Positions 36,262 through 36,584 of a DNA stretch of 36,584 nucleotides are shown here, piece after piece (positions within the stretch are counted from its first letter, which is position 1; each line of letters opens with the position of its first letter). Position numbers and translations under genes: made by a program. This DNA is from Gemmatimonadota bacterium. Its GTDB lineage: Bacteria > Gemmatimonadota > Gemmatimonadetes > Gemmatimonadales > GWC2-71-9. Where the stretch lies: positions 1 to 36,584 of the forward strand of contig QHUF01000281.1 in NCBI GenBank assembly GCA_003221075.1. The letters run 5' to 3'. Under the pieces are notes generated by a model. The model did no database searches, was not told the origin of the DNA, and saw only the letters and a program-made list of their open reading frames with translations.

Positions 36262-36584
36262 ATGAAGAGGACAAGGGTTGCGTGTCGTGCTGGGCTGGCA
36301 GTCGTGCTGATCGCGATCGCGTGCACTGAATCCGTCGGCCCGGAGCGGCGCAATCCTGGTGTCCCCCTGTTTTCCTACTCGGCGAACGGCATCGCGCTTG
36401 ACAAGGAGACCGGCACTCTCAGCGGCAGCGGGAGACTACTCATCAAGGGTTTCAACGTGGGGAACCCGCACCACGGCGACGCGATCATCGCCACGTTCTA
36501 CTGGCTCGGCTCGAGCAACATCATCGACTCGGTGCGGGACGTCCTGACCACCGCGCCTTCGTATACGCCGGTCGGCAACACGTA
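36262..36584 (+). CDS. Lipoprotein paralog C (5' part only; runs off the right window edge)
   Basis: It is not in the ORF track because it has no stop in the window. My translation from ATG 36262, preceded by GGAGGCAGGAG, is MKRTRVACRAGLAVVLIAIACTESVGPERRNPGVPLFSYSANGIALDKETGTLSGSGRLLIKGFNVGNPHHGDAIIATFYWLGSSNIIDSVRDVLTTAPSYTPVGNT. This is clearly homologous to A and B. Confidence 0.7.
   Translation, partial: MKRTRVACRAGLAVVLIAIACTESVGPERRNPGVPLFSYSANGIALDKETGTLSGSGRLLIKGFNVGNPHHGDAIIATFYWLGSSNIIDSVRDVLTTAPSYTPVGNT

Overview
This is a 36.6 kb, very GC-rich, densely coding bacterial chromosomal segment. The taxon is not determinable here. Signal peptides ending in ...AQQ and the overall gene content make me tentatively think of a Gemmatimonadota-like soil bacterium, with low confidence. 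I saw no rRNA, CRISPR array, IS or transposase, integrase, phage genes or recognisable defence genes.

About 32 kb is ordinary core genome:
- A minus-strand chain runs lepA -> S9 peptidase -> EEP-family lipoprotein -> GT9 heptosyltransferase -> ROK kinase.
- A short rho gene lies divergent from lepA.
- A six-gene minus-strand efflux module encodes an OmpR-type regulator, a frame-broken sensor kinase, a TolC-like protein, an adaptor, an RND pump and a PepSY protein.
- An M28 peptidase is followed by a secreted DUF4384-like protein with a long repeat tail.
- A plus-strand, start/stop-overlapping chain runs DUF58 -> vWA/BatA-like -> mfd -> parvulin lipoprotein -> surA-like -> pdxA.
- The remaining core genes are a CNNM/CorC transporter, a CDF metal exporter and typA.

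The right-hand ~4.7 kb looks accessory and scarred:
- a hyper-acidic 81-aa ORF;
- a stand-alone tRNA-Ile(GAU);
- an SDR epimerase with an internal deletion plus frameshift;
- a C-terminally truncated LMW tyrosine phosphatase;
- a head-to-tail array of at least three paralogous lipoproteins that runs off the window edge.

Each paralog has an N-terminal domain I cannot assign to any family plus a C-terminal Ig-like domain. This array is my best candidate for something undescribed, but its function cannot be inferred from sequence alone. All family calls are by-eye motif recognition; no searches were run.
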